Below, in pieces: positions 47,501 through 62,814 of a stretch of 64,000 nt of DNA (within the stretch, counting starts at the first letter, position 1; the number at the start of each line of letters is the position of its first letter). The notes under the pieces are model-generated. The model had not been told where the DNA came from. It saw only the letters and a list, made by a program, of their open reading frames with translations, and made no database searches. Made by a program: the position numbers and the translations under genes. Source of the stretch: Gnetum montanum (taxonomy: Eukaryota; Plantae; Gnetophyta); contig MNCI01000690.1 in NCBI GenBank assembly GCA_015680685.1, positions 701,888 to 765,887 on the forward strand. The letters are read 5' to 3'.

Positions 47501-50500
47501 GTCTCTCAAGTATGAGTATTGGATCTAGTGATTGATGTTATTTCTTCTCTTCTTCTGGAATTAGTCATTCTCTTGTAGGACCATAGACTAAGGAGTAAGA
47601 TCTCTTAATCTCATCCCAAATAGGTCTACATAATCCTAAGCATAATCTCATAAACATGATGAACTCTAAAAATGCTAAAAATAAAGTGAGATTGTCAAGG
47701 CATTATACTACCATTGCAAAAAATGGCCATAGGAACAATGATAAGTATAATCTTTGAGGGCACGAGAGAATCATATTTATTACTATGGAATTAATACATG
47801 CATGGGTAAGTAAAATAAGTAAAAAAAAATTTAAATAACCACCAAAATTATAAAGTACATACTTGAATTAGTGCCTCTTCCCCCATGACTAAGTTATAAG
47901 ACACTTGGCCTGAACCACATGAACAATACAAATAGAAAAAATAATAAGAAAAAATGCTCATAAAAATCCTAAAAATTCAACAAAGGATCAAACTAAACAA
48001 GCAACAAAAAAGAGCAAGAATAACAAAATATTAAAATGTTATCTTGGATAACATCAAAACTTATGATATTCATAATGTTGAATCTACTTATTCTCGTGAA
48101 CTAAGGACTAGGAAAAATATGGATTTTAAAAATAGTATATAAATAAAATACCTAAAAGTAAAATAAATAAATGTAAGTGAAATGAGGTGAAAAGGAATTA
48201 TCATGATCAAACCTTAAAGCTCATAGAATTGATACTCACATAAGTGGAAGACCAATTAAGTGCTCTATATCATGCAATTACTAACATCAATAGGAAATAA
48301 GCTTAACCTTAATTGCTCATAATTCCAAGTCACCAAGGATTTATAAGTGGATTCTTTCCATAGTAGGAAATTTTCTTTCTTGTTCTTATGAAACTCATTG
48401 ATGGAACACGTGTGAGTTCTTAATAGCTAGTAAGAGATTAGCATCAAATGTAAGTTCATCCTCTTGAATGGTCAAATTTCATCCATTACTTTGCCTAGTT
48501 AACTTCTTATTACATACAATAATTGATAAGATTATAATGAAGAAATGAAGAATGAATGATGGGAAAAAAGAGTAGATGAGAGTGCAACATCATTAGATTT
48601 ATAGAGAATCATTCAATTAGCTCATGAAAGCATGTAAGCATATCCTACATCCTATAAGAGATCCATTATTACATCCCTTAATTACTACTTATCTAAAAAG
48701 TGAGGATAGATCTTTAAGTGAACTTTCTTAGTGCAAGGCCATACATCCTACTAATAGTGTCATCTAGTCTTGATTGATGAAATTGAATCAAGACAATGTA
48801 CCATACATCATCTAGAAGTCAAGATTTTGGTTTGATTTTCCTTCATACATGCATGTATGCATAGCAAGTTCCTTGAATTTGATTTTATAGAAAACCTCAT
48901 TGATTCTTCTGACTACACAAAATGGTCTTAATTCTAATAGCAATTATACCTAGGAATAAATGGATTCAAGAAATAGGTGAAAGTAGGATTTGACATTACC
49001 AAAGTTTACTAAGAGAAAGACTTCTAGGCCTTCATGGTCATTGGTAAGGATGAATAAGAAATTATCTTAGACTATTACATTTCAAAGCCAAGTAATCTAG
49101 GTAGCAGATTGAACATAAGATAAACTTTACATGGTTATTGATCCAACCACTCATTTTAATCTTGCTTGAGTAATTACATGATTAGTTCAAGATGGTGGAA
49201 ATAGAAATTTGTGTAAACTAAAGAGTTTGGAATAGCATTACTCTTCCCATTACCTCATTATCATTATTTATATTTTTAAGATTTTTCTTATATGTGTGTG
49301 TGTGGTTTTTTAGCCACCAATGCTACTAAATCAGAAATCAGCAATGTAAGTTCTCATAACAACTATAAAGTATTCTTTATATATATATAAATTTATCTTT
49401 TCATTCATGAGAAGAGGATTTTTGAATGGTGCATGAGAAGTATAAGAATGATTAAAGTATTAGATCACCACTTGGAATCTTTGACTTGCATGAATATGAG
49501 AAATCATCCATTAACTTAATGTATGCATAGGTTCATAAGATCATAAACCTCTTTTGATCAAGGTAGTTAGGCATGATAAGCATGTGCACATTATGCAATT
49601 ACATTGATTAGATCCATCCAAAGATCATAAGAATTATCAATGAAACCACCTTCCTCTATAGTAATTAAGCATTTTTCTAAGAGTTCAAAGCTTATACCCT
49701 AAGTTATGGATCCTTCACTTACCCACAGTTCTAGTAACAATAGCTTTAATAACTTATGGTATGAGTCCTAGCTCTCTCCTGAATTTAAGCACGGTTCACT
49801 AATGATGGATAGTGGAAATGTGGGTGGATGAATTCAGTGTTATGGGCATTCCATTAATTAAGGCTCCACTTTGGATACTCTTGCATCATCATCATATTTG
49901 TAATTCACCCATATATCATTGGCTTATCAGGTGAGCATCTATAAAGCACATTAATTAATTTTCTCGTGTTTACAAAAAACAAACTCAAAAGAATATGAAT
50001 ATTAAAATTGATTAGTTGTTAATATCAAAAATAGATACACATAAAAATCACACTCAAGAAATAAAAAACCAAAATTGATAGATCTATATGCTCAAAAACA
50101 TGCATACAAAGTTACACCAAATCAAAAGAGTAAGAAAATTGAAGAATGATATATTATTAGTTTCAAAAAATCTATACACAAAATATACATGAAACAAACA
50201 AACCATACTATACTATTAAAGCCATTACGTGGAGGACTATTCCCCTACAAGTAAGTTCAAGGCTGGCATCTAACAACATCCTCTTTGATCAACATTACCA
50301 AATGATTGAGGAGGTGATTGGCACACTTCATAACATTTCAAGTATTGAACTTGGTCTTTAGAAGCATACTCTTATTGGTTTTGTTTCTTTAAATATAATT
50401 TTGAAGAAGGTGATGAGCATGAGTCTTCATAGATAATTATGTTCTTCTTTTTATTATGAAAATGCTTTTGTTTTTTAGGTGAGAAATTTCATATTATGGA

Positions 50501-52788
50501 AGGAACATGATTATTACGGTACTACCCAATAGTATATGATGATGAAAAATGAGGATAGTACCTTGCATTAAGGAACTAGACATGTTTCCATTGTGGTTGA
50601 TTTAAAATTCCCTTCTATAATGATATATAGAATCATAATAGATAGTTTTTAACTTGCAACTATTGAGATATTTGTAGTGGATATGACCAATATTAATGGA
50701 GCATAGCATGAGGTCTTTGATTCATAGCCTACTAAGTTTCATGGTACAAAGGAGGATGAAATGAGGGAGATTGGTGTAATGTAGAGGAAATACTCCTAGG
50801 ATTATATTCCATTCCTTGTTGAAGTTGTGGCTAAAAAATGGATTACAAGGATAAGAAATTTGATCATGGTAAGGCCTGTTATCATTTATTTGACTTTGAC
50901 AACTTCTGTATTTTTATGTAATTACCTTCATCATAGCTACTTCAATAACTTTTTTAAAATCCTTAATACATGATGTCATATAATAATTTAATACACCCAA
51001 ACCTTATCAACAAAATTGACAAGGTCTATCAAAGTCTTTTTCTTTCTCATGAGTTTCTAAATAAAGGCTTTAATAGTATTAGAACGTTGAATCTTATACT
51101 TAATGTTCTTTACATCCTTCTAACATTGAGAATTTATGTTGAATTCCTCTACATTGACATGCTTATGACATTTACCTTCCAATATAGCTATAATGTCTAA
51201 CACAATAGCAGGTTGAGTCATTGACCTCTAGTAGAGATTACCCATGATATACTTATCCACCTTTTCATGAATTTGTGATTATAGTCCTACTACTAGATGC
51301 ATTAATTGATCATGTTTGCTAAGACCATGATTTGAATATTAACTGAACATGAAATTGTATTATTATATGGCCACATCCAATGATTCATTGATATCCTACT
51401 TTCATCCTACTCTCTTCCTTCTAAGGTTTGAAACTTAAGGATAATATTAAAACTTGACATTAAAAAATTTTAACATGTCTATCTAAGTAGAGATGGAGCT
51501 AGGTGAAACATATTAATAACATGCTTTAGCAAGATTATTAAGTGTGTGGGAAGAATTATAGAGTTTTTTCCACTCAAGATTTAATCCTTATATCTTAGAA
51601 GAGATGATAAATGTTCAAACATGAAGTTATAGATCATTATTTTATTGTCTAATGAATGTGAAAATGTCAATCATATGAAATTTTTTAATTCTACTCTTCT
51701 CAATTCTTTTAGATGGAATGCAAATTGCTTCATTAATTTGACCCTCATAGGTCCATGGGAACAATGACTTATTCAAGCCATCAACACCTCCATCCAAATG
51801 AAGGTAACACAAATGCGAGATGATGGACTACTACTTAAGTCTATTTCCTAAAATATATGTGCTCATACTCCTACTTTGAAATCATAACATGAAGATCTTA
51901 CTTTTCATGAGTAGCATAGTCTAATTGTTAGGATGATAAGGGTTTTTAATCAACCATATTCCTAATGAATTCTTAATTAGAAAAAGCCTCCTCAAAGGTA
52001 GTAGATGCAACTTCTATAGGTTCTTTGCAAATACTTCCATGTGCATTACACCATTATCCAAATTTGTCTTGATGAAATTTCACCATTATAGGAGATGCTA
52101 CATCATTAACCATGTTTTTGAAATTGATTTGAACCAATTGATATTTTTACCTTTATCTATCTTCATTGTTTAATTCATCCTTGACTTCTTTAGCTATTTA
52201 TTTCCTACACAATAATTTTAAAAAATAAAAATTATGAATATATAAGTATTTCAATGGTGCCAATGATAGGAGTCCTACTAGTTTTAACCATTGGGATATA
52301 TGATATAGAATGTGATGCAATTTGGTCATAAGCTTTGAAGATGATGCTAAGTGGATTTTCAAGAATACTCATATATATAGTTTCATTCAACAAATATAAA
52401 ACAGATTATAATATATGTGATATAATAAATATCTAAGTTATTATGGTATAGGTAGAATGAATATTTATAACTTTGTGTTTTATAATTTTTATGTATTTTA
52501 TGAATATAGGAATAAAATGATAATAAATATAAACATACATGCATTGTAAAAAATCATGGAAATAGGTGCAATACTCATGTTATAATTCCTCTTAGGGATA
52601 GATGCAACACCACATATAAAATATAGTAGAATAGCTCTTACTCATAACCTTAATGACCAAACGCCATGACATACAATTATGACCTCCTTGAATAAGGCAT
52701 GAATTATTAAAAATTAATAAAATAAAAATGAAATAAATATTTTTAGTGTTTTAGTATTTAAGAAATCAATTGTAGAACAAGGAAAAAT
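38590..52788 (-). mobile_element. Old Athila-like family B complex with three LTR copies (about 38590-45618 interrupted, 45840-47043, 52264-52788 truncated) and degenerate gag-pol
   Basis: A shared block GAATATTTATAATTTT..CATATGCATTGTAA occurs at about 38705, 46035 and 52460. PBS TGGCACCATTG at 52252-52262 (minus). RT remnant KLMDDFSY near 49500 and RNase H remnant ALRKF near 48730. Confidence 0.65.
39615..45180 (-). mobile_element. Complete two-LTR SIRE-like Copia derivative, gag with little or no pol (LTRs 39615-40711 and 44058-45180)
   Basis: The LTRs align. PBS TGGTATTAGAGCC at 44043-44055 (minus). Gag start KPPMFNGINF and knuckle remnant near 43760. Repeated PPT-like tracts at about 40716, 41281 and 41741. 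TSD TCAAG/TTAAG. Confidence 0.85.
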
Positions 52789-54149
52789 TGTTGCACCAGA
52801 AATATTTAGTACTAGAAAAATCAAAGATCTCTGATGGAAACAGTTTAACCTTGGATCCCAAGGGCCTCCAAGAAAGAGGATCCAATGTACCTTGGAAAGT
52901 CTTGTCGATCACCCAGGGACTTGAGAAGTATAAACACATGTAAATAATTTAAATAAAAATTTAGATCCAATTTAATAAAAAATACATAAATTAATCGTAG
53001 AGTAAACTTGCACACCAACTGAACTATAAACTTTATTACAATGATAAAATGTTGAGAGTATAGAGTTCATATGTGTATAAATTATATTTCCATATGCATA
53101 GGGAGTTGCACAGATGAAGCTTAAAGTTTGTTGAAGTTGGTAGGTTGGGTTCTGTAGTCAGCCTCATGATCTAGGTGCTTCCAAGCTTCAATTGTTAAAA
53201 ATTCTTGCTAGTTCTTAGGTTGGATCTACACCATTGGTTGTGGAAGTGGTGAATGATGTGCTAGAATTTTTGTTGCTATGGAACCATGCTAAAAGTCTCC
53301 AATACTCAACCAATTACTAATTTGCTCCAATGTCTCAAAGGTTCAAGTGCCAAAGGTTGCAAAAGTTGAAGAGATGAAGGACCTATTCAATGTGTTCAAA
53401 TTTTATTTTTGTAGGTCATACAATCACTAATTTGGTGCTACAAATTTCTACCATGATTATTGACAAAATAATGTAATTTGTAGATGTGGAAGGCCATCAA
53501 TTATATTGTAATTTTTCACTTATGGTAAGTTTGATGCACCAAGGACTTCATAATTATGCTGAGTGCCCTACAAAATAAATAGACTTTGAAAATTATGCTA
53601 GCTTTGGAAAACTATGCTAGTCTCATAAAAACTATGTTGGCCTTATAGGAATCATGCTGGTCTTGTTGGAACCACATTGGCCTAATGGAAATCACATTGG
53701 CCTTGTTGGAAAAATGAAAGCTTAATAATTCCAATGTTGGGTGTAGGTGGTTCCAGCATAGTTTTGGCTATGACTAATATAAAACCCATGAAAAATCCAA
53801 ATTTAGTAGTTCCTAAGGCATTTTAGCCTTCCCAATCCCAAATATAGACATGACATGAAGGAAGTGAGGCCACAACAACTTAGGAGGTATTTTTCAAGCC
53901 CACAAAGTTAAGGTATATGAGATTAAAACTCATGGACTACAAACCTCACATTTTACCATAAAGTTTAGTCTCAAGTTATAATGGTAAAGGTTACAATGAC
54001 AAAAAGTTGCAACATGAATATTCTTGGTGGTGTTTCATTGACCCCTCTTTGTTGATGTTTTAAGGATTGACCCAAAAAACATCAATAAAGAATACAAAAA
54101 ATCACTATATGTCTAGCACCAATGTTTCCTTTTCATGCTTGATTTCATA

Positions 54150-55963
54150 GCTATTGAACCATGTCGAAGAGTGCTTGTAATGATGAGATAAGGTTATGAT
54201 GAAATGATATGGGATAAAGGCTATATTTGGTTACAAGGAAGTGGTCACAGTGGGTTAACAATGAGTTCCACATATTAACATCATGGTCATGGTATGTTAG
54301 TGATACTTTGGCTAATAGATGTGGTCTTTGTGCTTCACACTTCAAAGCGTTGATCACTTGGTAATGTTTTTAAGGAACCAACACTCCACTCTAATGTTTC
54401 TTTGGCCTCTATGCTCTCCCTTTACCTCTTTAAAGTTGTTGATCTATCTTTTAGGCTTCATTGGCCTTTCAACTCTTTGGTAATTTACTTTACCATTTTT
54501 GTGTGGAGTGAAACCTTCTTTGGATTTTGTTGCCAAGGCCAAATTTGGTTTTCTTATTGAATGAGATGTGTTACATCCAATGAACGTTATAGTGGAGCAT
54601 GACAAAGGAGATGTTAAATGATCATGATGCATGAATGTCAAACATAGATCACCATTGTTGTTTAGGGTAAGGAAGGCTATAATTAGGCTATGGGATTAGG
54701 CTTAAAGGGATGGTAATGAAAATTATGTGAAAAATGCACTTTTGGTACAATAGGACAAGCTAAAAAAATCTTACACATTAAGGTCACATGGTAACTTGCT
54801 GCCATCATGAGTTGCATCTTTGTGATGATTTCTAGGCTTCATCCTATAAGCATAACTCAAAGAGAATAAGAAAACAAGACAAAGAAAATGTGTTGTTATA
54901 AGATAACGCACAAGACCACAAGAAACCTCCAAAAAACTAGGTCACAATAGGTTACCATTGTCATAGGATAGAGAGAACTATGTAATATGCATTAGATTTA
55001 CAAAGTTTTGTAGTTCATTCATTGTGCTAAATGGAGAGAGATAAGTAGATATTGTAGCTATTGAACCATGCCAAAGAGTACTTCTAATGATGAGATAAGG
55101 TTATGACAAAATGATATGGAGTAAAGGCTATATTTGGTTACAAGGGAGTGGTCACAAGGGGTTAACAATGAGTTCCACATGTTGACATCTTGGTCATGGT
55201 ATGATGGTGACACTTTGGCTAATAGGTGTGGTGTTTTTGCTTTATGCATCAAACTATTGGTCACTTGGTAATGTTTTTAAGAAACCAACACTTTATTCTA
55301 AGGCTTCTTTGGCCTCCAGGCTCCTCCCTTTACCTCTTTGGAGCTATTGATCTATCTTTTAGGCTTTATTGGCCTTTCAACTCTTTGGTAATTTTCTTTA
55401 TCATTTTTTTTGTGGGGTGAAACCTTCATTGGGTTTCATTACCAATGTTAAGTTTCATTTAGTTTTCTCATTGAATAAGATGTGTTACATCCAATGAAAT
55501 TTATAGTGGAGTCTGATGAAGGAGATGCCAAATGGCCATGATGCATGAATGTCAAACATAAATCATCATTGTTGTTTAGGGTAATGAAATCTATAATTAG
55601 GCTATGGGATTAGGCTTAAAGGGATGGTAATGGAAATGATGTGAAACATGCACTCTTGGTACAAAAAGAAAAGCTTACCAAATCCTACACATCAAGGTCA
55701 CATGGTAACTTGCTATCATGATGAGTTGTACCTTCATGATGACTTCCAGGATTCATCCTACAAGCACAACTCCAAGAGAACAAGAAAACAAGACAAAGAA
55801 AACATGTTGTTACAAGATAATGCATAGGACCACACGAGACTATTGGCAAACTAGATCACAATAGGTTATCATTATCACAACATAGAGGGATTTGTGCAAT
55901 GTGCATAAAATTTACAAAGTTTTGAAATTCATTTATTGTGCCAAATAGAAAAAGATAGAGAGA
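54150..55963. repeat. 907-bp diverged tandem duplication in the Tat 3' UTR
   Basis: GCTATTGAACCATG starts units at 54150 and 55057, which stay colinear throughout. Confidence 0.9.
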
Positions 55964-56039
55964 GATAAGTATAGATCATATAGGCTTGCTTGTTGTAAAG
56001 GTCATTGATATCAGTAGTTAATTTGTACCTATAAAGAAG

Positions 56040-59000
56040 ATCATGTCAGATGTAATAAGGCTTAAAAGTGAAATGGTTGACTTGAATGGCCAATCTAGTT
56101 CCATCCATGTCTATCACTTTGAAGGCTTCATTTCCATAACCCTTAATGACCAAGAAAAGTCCCTCCTAGTTGGCTGAGAACTTTTTCGCATGCTCATGAA
56201 TTGTCTTAAGGACTAGGTCTCCCTCCTTGATCTTTCATTTATTCAAGTCATGGTGATGCTATCGTTTCTACCTCTCTTGGTATCGTTTGATGTGAGAAAT
56301 CATTTATACCCACTACTCCTCCACTAAATTCAGGTCAATGGTACAAAGCTCCTTATTCTGCTCATCATTGATGAAGTTAGATAAGGCCACTCTTAGCAAT
56401 GGAACCTTTAATTCAAGAAGAAAAATATCTTTAGATCCGTAAACTAGGCTATATGGGGTTACATTAGTTATGGTTTGGTAGGTAGTTCAATAGGCCCAAA
56501 GTGCATGGACAAGTCACTTGTGTTACTTGAGTCTACTATTATTTAGCATCTTTTTTATCAAGTTTATGATGACATTGTTGCTAACTTAGTTTGTCCATTG
56601 GCTTGAGGGTAATATGGTGACAAGAAGGAATGTTTAACACCTAAGTCTTGATAAAATACTTATGTCTCTTGGCTACTACACTATGGTTCATTATCTATGA
56701 CTATGATCAAACATATGCAAAAATGGACTACTATGTTATCCAATATGAATCTATAGACTTGTTAAAACATTTTTTCCTTAGGGAAATAGCTTTAACAAAC
56801 TTTGTAAAGTATTCGATTGCAGTGATAATAAAGCTATGCCTTGCACAAGACTTAGGTGTTATAGGTCCAATAATGTCAAGGCCCCACTATTGAAATGACC
56901 AAGTTATCTGAGTAGCGTGTAACTCATTTGGTGGAACATGTATTAAGTTGTTGTGCCATTGATAGGTGTCACAAGTTTTAACCTTCTGTAGGTAGTTACT
57001 TTCCATATATGACCAATAATAGTCTAGTCATCTAATCTTGGTAGCCATGGCTTTGGGTTCTATATGTCCCCCATATATACCTTTGTGAACTTGCTTAAAA
57101 ACTATGAGGGCTTTGATTTTATGCAAGCACACTAATAATATGCCATCATAGGACCTTCGACATAGCATGTTATCACCTATAATGACATACTATTTTTATC
57201 TTTTATGTACAACATCATTTTGAGAAGTAGTCAAGCCCTATGCAGATTCACCATGCATCAAGTAAGACTTGATATCATCATACCACTCCTTTTGAAGAGA
57301 GGTATTAATAGAGGCTATAAAGGTACCTTCAGTGTTCTGTGTAATGGGAATAGCATAGCTCATAATTAAAGAAGGCAACTTGCTAAACAAATCTGGTGTC
57401 ACACTTAGGGCTAAGGTTGTGATGGCATTAGCTAAGGTATTCTCATTGTAGGGTATATGTTAAATACCAATGTCTACAAATTGTTGCATTAGTTTCTTAC
57501 CTATATCATAATAAGGTTGAAAATGTTTGACTTTACAGGTGTAAAACTCTATTACTTGGTTAACCATAACTTATGAATCTCCCTTTATCATTAGGTGTTT
57601 TATTCCTTCGTCATGAGCTACCATCATTCCCCTAATTAGTCCTTCATACTTTGTCATATTTTTGGTGCATGGAAACTAAAAATGGTAAGTGAAGTATTGG
57701 ATTATACTAGATAGGGATGTTATAATGGTAGTAGCACTAGCCCCATGGGTAGTTTAGGCTTCATCAAAGTGCATAATTACCTCATAGCCCTTGGATACTT
57801 CACTAACAATCTTAACATATTCATCAGGGGATTTAGGGTTAATGACTACATGGTCTTCCATTGGAGAGGTTGTCAGTTATGTAGCTATAGGTTGACCTTT
57901 GGTTGAGGCTTGAGAGATGTAATTTAGGTTAAACTTAGCTATTATGTCCTTATAATGGGCTATACTACTACTTTCATAAATATTAGTGATTATGACTCTA
58001 AGCATGTTATCCTTGCAAATGACATTAACTTGGATCCTAAAGAGGTAGGATCTTAATTTCTTGAATGAGAAGACTAGGGCTAGATAATAATTCTCCACTT
58101 CATTGTATCGAGTCTTATAGGTGATTAATGCATGGATTAGGTAGTATACTAGTAAATTTTCTCCATCATTTCATTTTTGATAGAGTAGAAAGAAAATGGA
58201 CATGTTAGAGATAGCAAGGTAGATGTAAAAAGATCTATCCTTTTGTGGTGAATAGACTATGGGTATTTGTGCCAACTCTTGCTTAATGTTTTTAAAGGCT
58301 TCATGTCATTGAGTTGTCCACTCGTAGTAAGCTCCTTCCTTAAGTAAGTGTTGCATGGATTGTAACTTCTTTGTAAGCCTAGTGATGAAATATAGATAAA
58401 TTGTAATCTACCTTGTAATCTCTAAAGCTCCTTAAGATTAGCTGGTTTTTCCAAGTTGGATATGACCCTAATGTTATTAGGATCAACATGTATCCTTACT
58501 TTGAATACTATAAAGCTAAGAATCTTACTAGTCTTGACATCAAAGGAACACCTCTTGGGATTAAGAATAAGCTCATATTTGAGACATAATTTTAGCACAA
58601 GGTCAAGGTCATGCACATGATTGTTGGACATTTTGGATTTAACGGTTATGTTGTCCACATAGTCATTAAGTAACCCTATCATATAAGCACTAAAGAGATG
58701 TGTCATTTCTTATTGAGAGGTTTCACCTGCATTTTTGAAGGGCATCATGGTGTAGCAAAAGATTCCCCAAGGGATCATGAAGGTCATACAAGGTGAATGC
58801 TCTAGGTTAATCCTAACTTGGTTGTATTCTAAGAATCCATCCATGAAGGATAATAAGGCATGTCCAGCCATAGTATAGATAAGTTGGTCAATACTAGGAA
58901 AAATAAAATAATCTTTAATAGTCACCTTATTTAGGTCTTGAAAATAAATACTGATATTTATACTCCCATTTTTCTTAGGGACTACCATTATGTTAGACAC

Positions 59001-59520
59001 CCAATTTGTGTAATTGATAGCTTGAATGAAACTAGCTTGATATAGTTTCATGATCTTATCACAAACTGCCAAGGCTAACTTTGGTCTACTCTTGAAAAAT
59101 GTTTGCTTAACTAGCCTAATACTATGATCAAGTATGATGTTATGTTGTACTAAGCATGGGTCAAGGCCTATCATATCTTCATATGACCAGGCAAAGATCT
59201 TAATGTCATCTTGGAGGACCTTGGTGATGTCTTGATCCTATTGAGGTTCCAATGAAGAACTTAGTTTTCTTGTTTTCTCCTCACCACTGTGTCATGATAA
59301 GAATCTCAACTAGAAAGTCTTCAGTAATGTCACTAGACTCAAGGTCAAGAGTATTAACTAGGTGTTCTAGCCACTCAAGAGGTTTCTCTATCAGGGCTAT
59401 GTGGTTGACTTGGCTCTTAGGCTTAAGATCCAAGTAATTAAGGTTAATGAATTGTTCAACATTAGCATGAGGTCTACTTAGGCTTAAAGGCAAACTGATT
59501 TTCTTCCAGGTGTCCATCCT
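56040..59520 (-). pseudogene. pol: Degenerate pol in the order RT - RNase H - archaeal-type RNase H - integrase
   Basis: IFAWSYEDMIGLDP, LLSFMDGFLEYNQV, YVDNITVKS, LALVFSFKKLRSYL, aRH MHFDEA..FPCTKNMTKYEGLI..IKGDS*VMVNQV, integrase VHKGIYGGH..WGLDIIGPI. Confidence 0.9.
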
Positions 59521-62500
59521 CTAGTCTTGCATATCAAACATAAGCACATTAAATGATACCTGTGTGATAAAATAAGCAAATAATGCCAAAATAATATAAA
59601 GTTCTTTAGTAATAATGCATAGATAAGCCAAAACACATTACTTTAGTGGTCAAACAAGGTTCAAACAAGATCAAAAAAGATTATAAAAGGTAGGTCAAAA
59701 CCAATAGGGTGAAACAAAGGTTGAATAGTATGAAATAAGGTCACATGAATGTCAAATGATGGTTGAACTCCATACAATAAAGTCAAGAAAGATTAAAACA
59801 TGGTCAAATGAGGCCATAATAGAAATGTTAAGGTAAATAGGATGAGTAGATAACCCAAAAATGAAGCCAAATGATGGCCAAATGATGATTAGATGAGGCA
59901 AAATGATGACATAATGATGATCATGCCCCATCAGATGATGTCAAACAAGGTTGAAGCATGGTCAAAAAAGATCATAGGAAGAAGGATAAGGTAAGTGGTC
60001 TAAATCAAAGGCCAACTAACATGAAATGAATCCAAGTGATAGCCAAATGATGACAAATGGATCCAAACAAAGATCAAATGGAGGTCTAACCCCATCAAAT
60101 GATTTCCTAGATGGTCAAACAAGGTCATACTAATGTCCAATGGTATTAATTGATGTCAAAGCAAGTCAACTAAGGTTAAATGATGCCAAATGATAGAAAA
60201 ATTTATTGAAACAAGGTCAAATAATGAGAAAACGATGAAAATAAAGTCAAATGACATCAAATGATATGACACTAGAGGTCGATGATGCATAACAGGGTCA
60301 AACCTAGTTAAAGAACAATGGGATAATAATTCCAAAGAAGTTAAGGTGGAAATGATGTGGTATCTAGTTTTAAGATTCAAGATAAAATGATATCTAGTTT
60401 TAAGATTCAAGGTTTTAGACTTCTTCATACTTCCCTAGATAAATTTCAGGCCATTCAGAATGTGTTTGGGTTATTAAAACTACCTTTGGAATCAAAAATA
60501 CATTGGCTAGCATAGGTTTGATCTTCCCTATCATCATTTTTAAGGAATATTAATTTTTAGATAGTTTTGAAGGTCAATCGACTAAGGTTTTGTGCTCCTA
60601 GGATCACTAGGATCCATGGCCAAAGTTTAGGGTCAAAACTATTGGTCTCAAATGCCATTAGATCATTGGTAGGATCCTCTCCTACTTAAAATATAGTAGC
60701 CAATGTACTTTTGGGAGGAATCATTGTAGTTTTGAAAAATATGATCAAATTTTACCATTTTCTATTTAGTTTTCAAGGTTTGGTAATCTTTAAAGGCTCC
60801 AGCAGGGTTCTAGGATTAGTTTGACATATTTTGAGGTTGTTTTGACTAGTCAATGGTCCATTCTTAAGTTTTCATAGAAAAACTACACTGGCCAATGTAG
60901 TTTTGACCTTTTCCAACATAGTTTTAATGTTGAGATGAGTTTTGACTCATTTTTTCTTCATTATTTGGCATCCCAAGGTTACCAGAGGCTTTGAGAGGTC
61001 TAAAGGTTAAGGTTTGTATCTTTGAAGGATTTTAGAGGTTCCTTTGATTCCCATGATGCCAGAAATTTAGGAAACTATGCTAGCTAGCATAGTTTTGGGG
61101 CCCTTTAATGTGTTTTCTCAAGAATCATTAGTTTTAACATCTTTTGGTAGCTTTTAGGAGGTTTCAGAGCTATTGGAGGCTCTAGCTAGGGTTTTAGGCT
61201 TGGTGTGATCATTTTGGTGTTGATCAAAAGTTTGATCAATGTTAATGATTTCCATGTTTGATGAAACTATGCTAGCTAGTGTATTTTTAGTCATGGCCAA
61301 TGTAATTTTCTAAAAATGTTTGATTTCATATGAATTTTTGCCATTCCTAGTGCTTAGGATCCTCTAGTTGTGATAGTTGTTTACTAGTTTTGGTTGTGCT
61401 TTTCTAACTTTTTACTACTTTTGTTTCACTATAAACTAGGATTTCTAGTCAAAATCTCATCTAATTCAAGTTGGAATTTTATAAATATTGTTTTGGGTTA
61501 AATTTTAATATAGGCTAGTTCTCATAATTTTAATATTTTTTACATAAAAATTTCTATAATTTTTATGTGTATTTCCACTATGAGACTACCATTGATGCTA
61601 ATAAGCTACTTAGTCTTGTCTATTTTTTGTGTGAAAAGTGTCCATAATTTGGGTTTTAGATTTTTATTATTATGGTTTGGTATTTGGTTATCTTGATTTA
61701 GTATGATAATGTTGACTTTATATTTGTTGTTTTCTTATTAAAAGTTGAATTTGGCTTATTGTTAAGTAAGGTTATAATGGTCATCATTTGGTTGTGTAGG
61801 GCCTTTTTGAAGTCCATGTTGGTGGTGGTTAAGCTGGCTAGCTTGTTGTGAGGCATAAACACACTAGGATCCAATACACTATCTTCCAATATAGTCTTGG
61901 ACAATGGTTCTCTCTAGTTTAGGCCAAGGGCCAAGGAGTTCTTAGCCTTTTTCCTTTAAAAAATCAATGTGATCTTATGATCACACATGACATCAAACAC
62001 CACATCTATCATTATGGAGACCCTACTACCCTATTCCACTAGCCTTATCATCAAATTCATAGTTGACAACCCTGACACTCATGTGGAAGATGATTGTTAT
62101 GATGGCATGTACACCATAGGCACATGGAAGTTGTCCAAAATTTGGAATATGCTTGAGTTTATTTAGTAAAATGCCATTAATACATTGATGATAGGTCATT
62201 GTGTTCATACCTTATTTCAAAACCCTCCTAGAACTTTCTATTTTTTGGAAGGGTAAGTGTAATTCTAAGTTTTTTTATTGATATTTTACTTTCACTAGTC
62301 AACTTAGGTTTAACAATTTTTGTTTAGGTTTAAATGCTTGTAGGTATAGGGTATATGACCAAGCATTGATCAAGTGACCAAATATTATCCTTGGCCCACA
62401 TAACATTGGAGGTCTTTGCCAAAAGCCAACTAGTGAGGCTTATAATGATGAAGAAGTTAAAGGATGACTTTGGTAGGTATACCTCATGTCATTCTCAGGC

Positions 62501-62814
62501 CTACTATAGGTGCTTAGCTAATGGTATGGCTCATAGTTAGTGGGGTATCCTATATTTTGATGCACATACATGTATACCCCTTAGGGTTCCCACATTGCCT
62601 TCATAAGGTAAGTAAAGTTATACTTTTAATTTAATTATTTTATTTTTTATATAATGTCAGTGTTTTTGAGTTATGCAGTTGTTTGGTTATCTAGGCTTTA
62701 ATTTTTTGACTGATTTTATCAGTGTGGCTGTAAGTTTTATTTTAATTTGTTATATTTTTTGGTTTTTTATGATGTGCCTATGCCAAAGCTCATGGGCTAT
62801 TTTCATTGTGTTGT

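Larger units (their letters stand above)
52789..60500 (-). mobile_element. Tat/Ogre-type Gypsy element (3' LTR 52789-54037, PPT, duplicated 3' UTR, pol)
   Basis: LTR TGAAACACC..GGTGCAACA on the minus strand, PPT AAAGAGGGG, pol described separately. The 5' boundary is uncertain. Confidence 0.8.
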
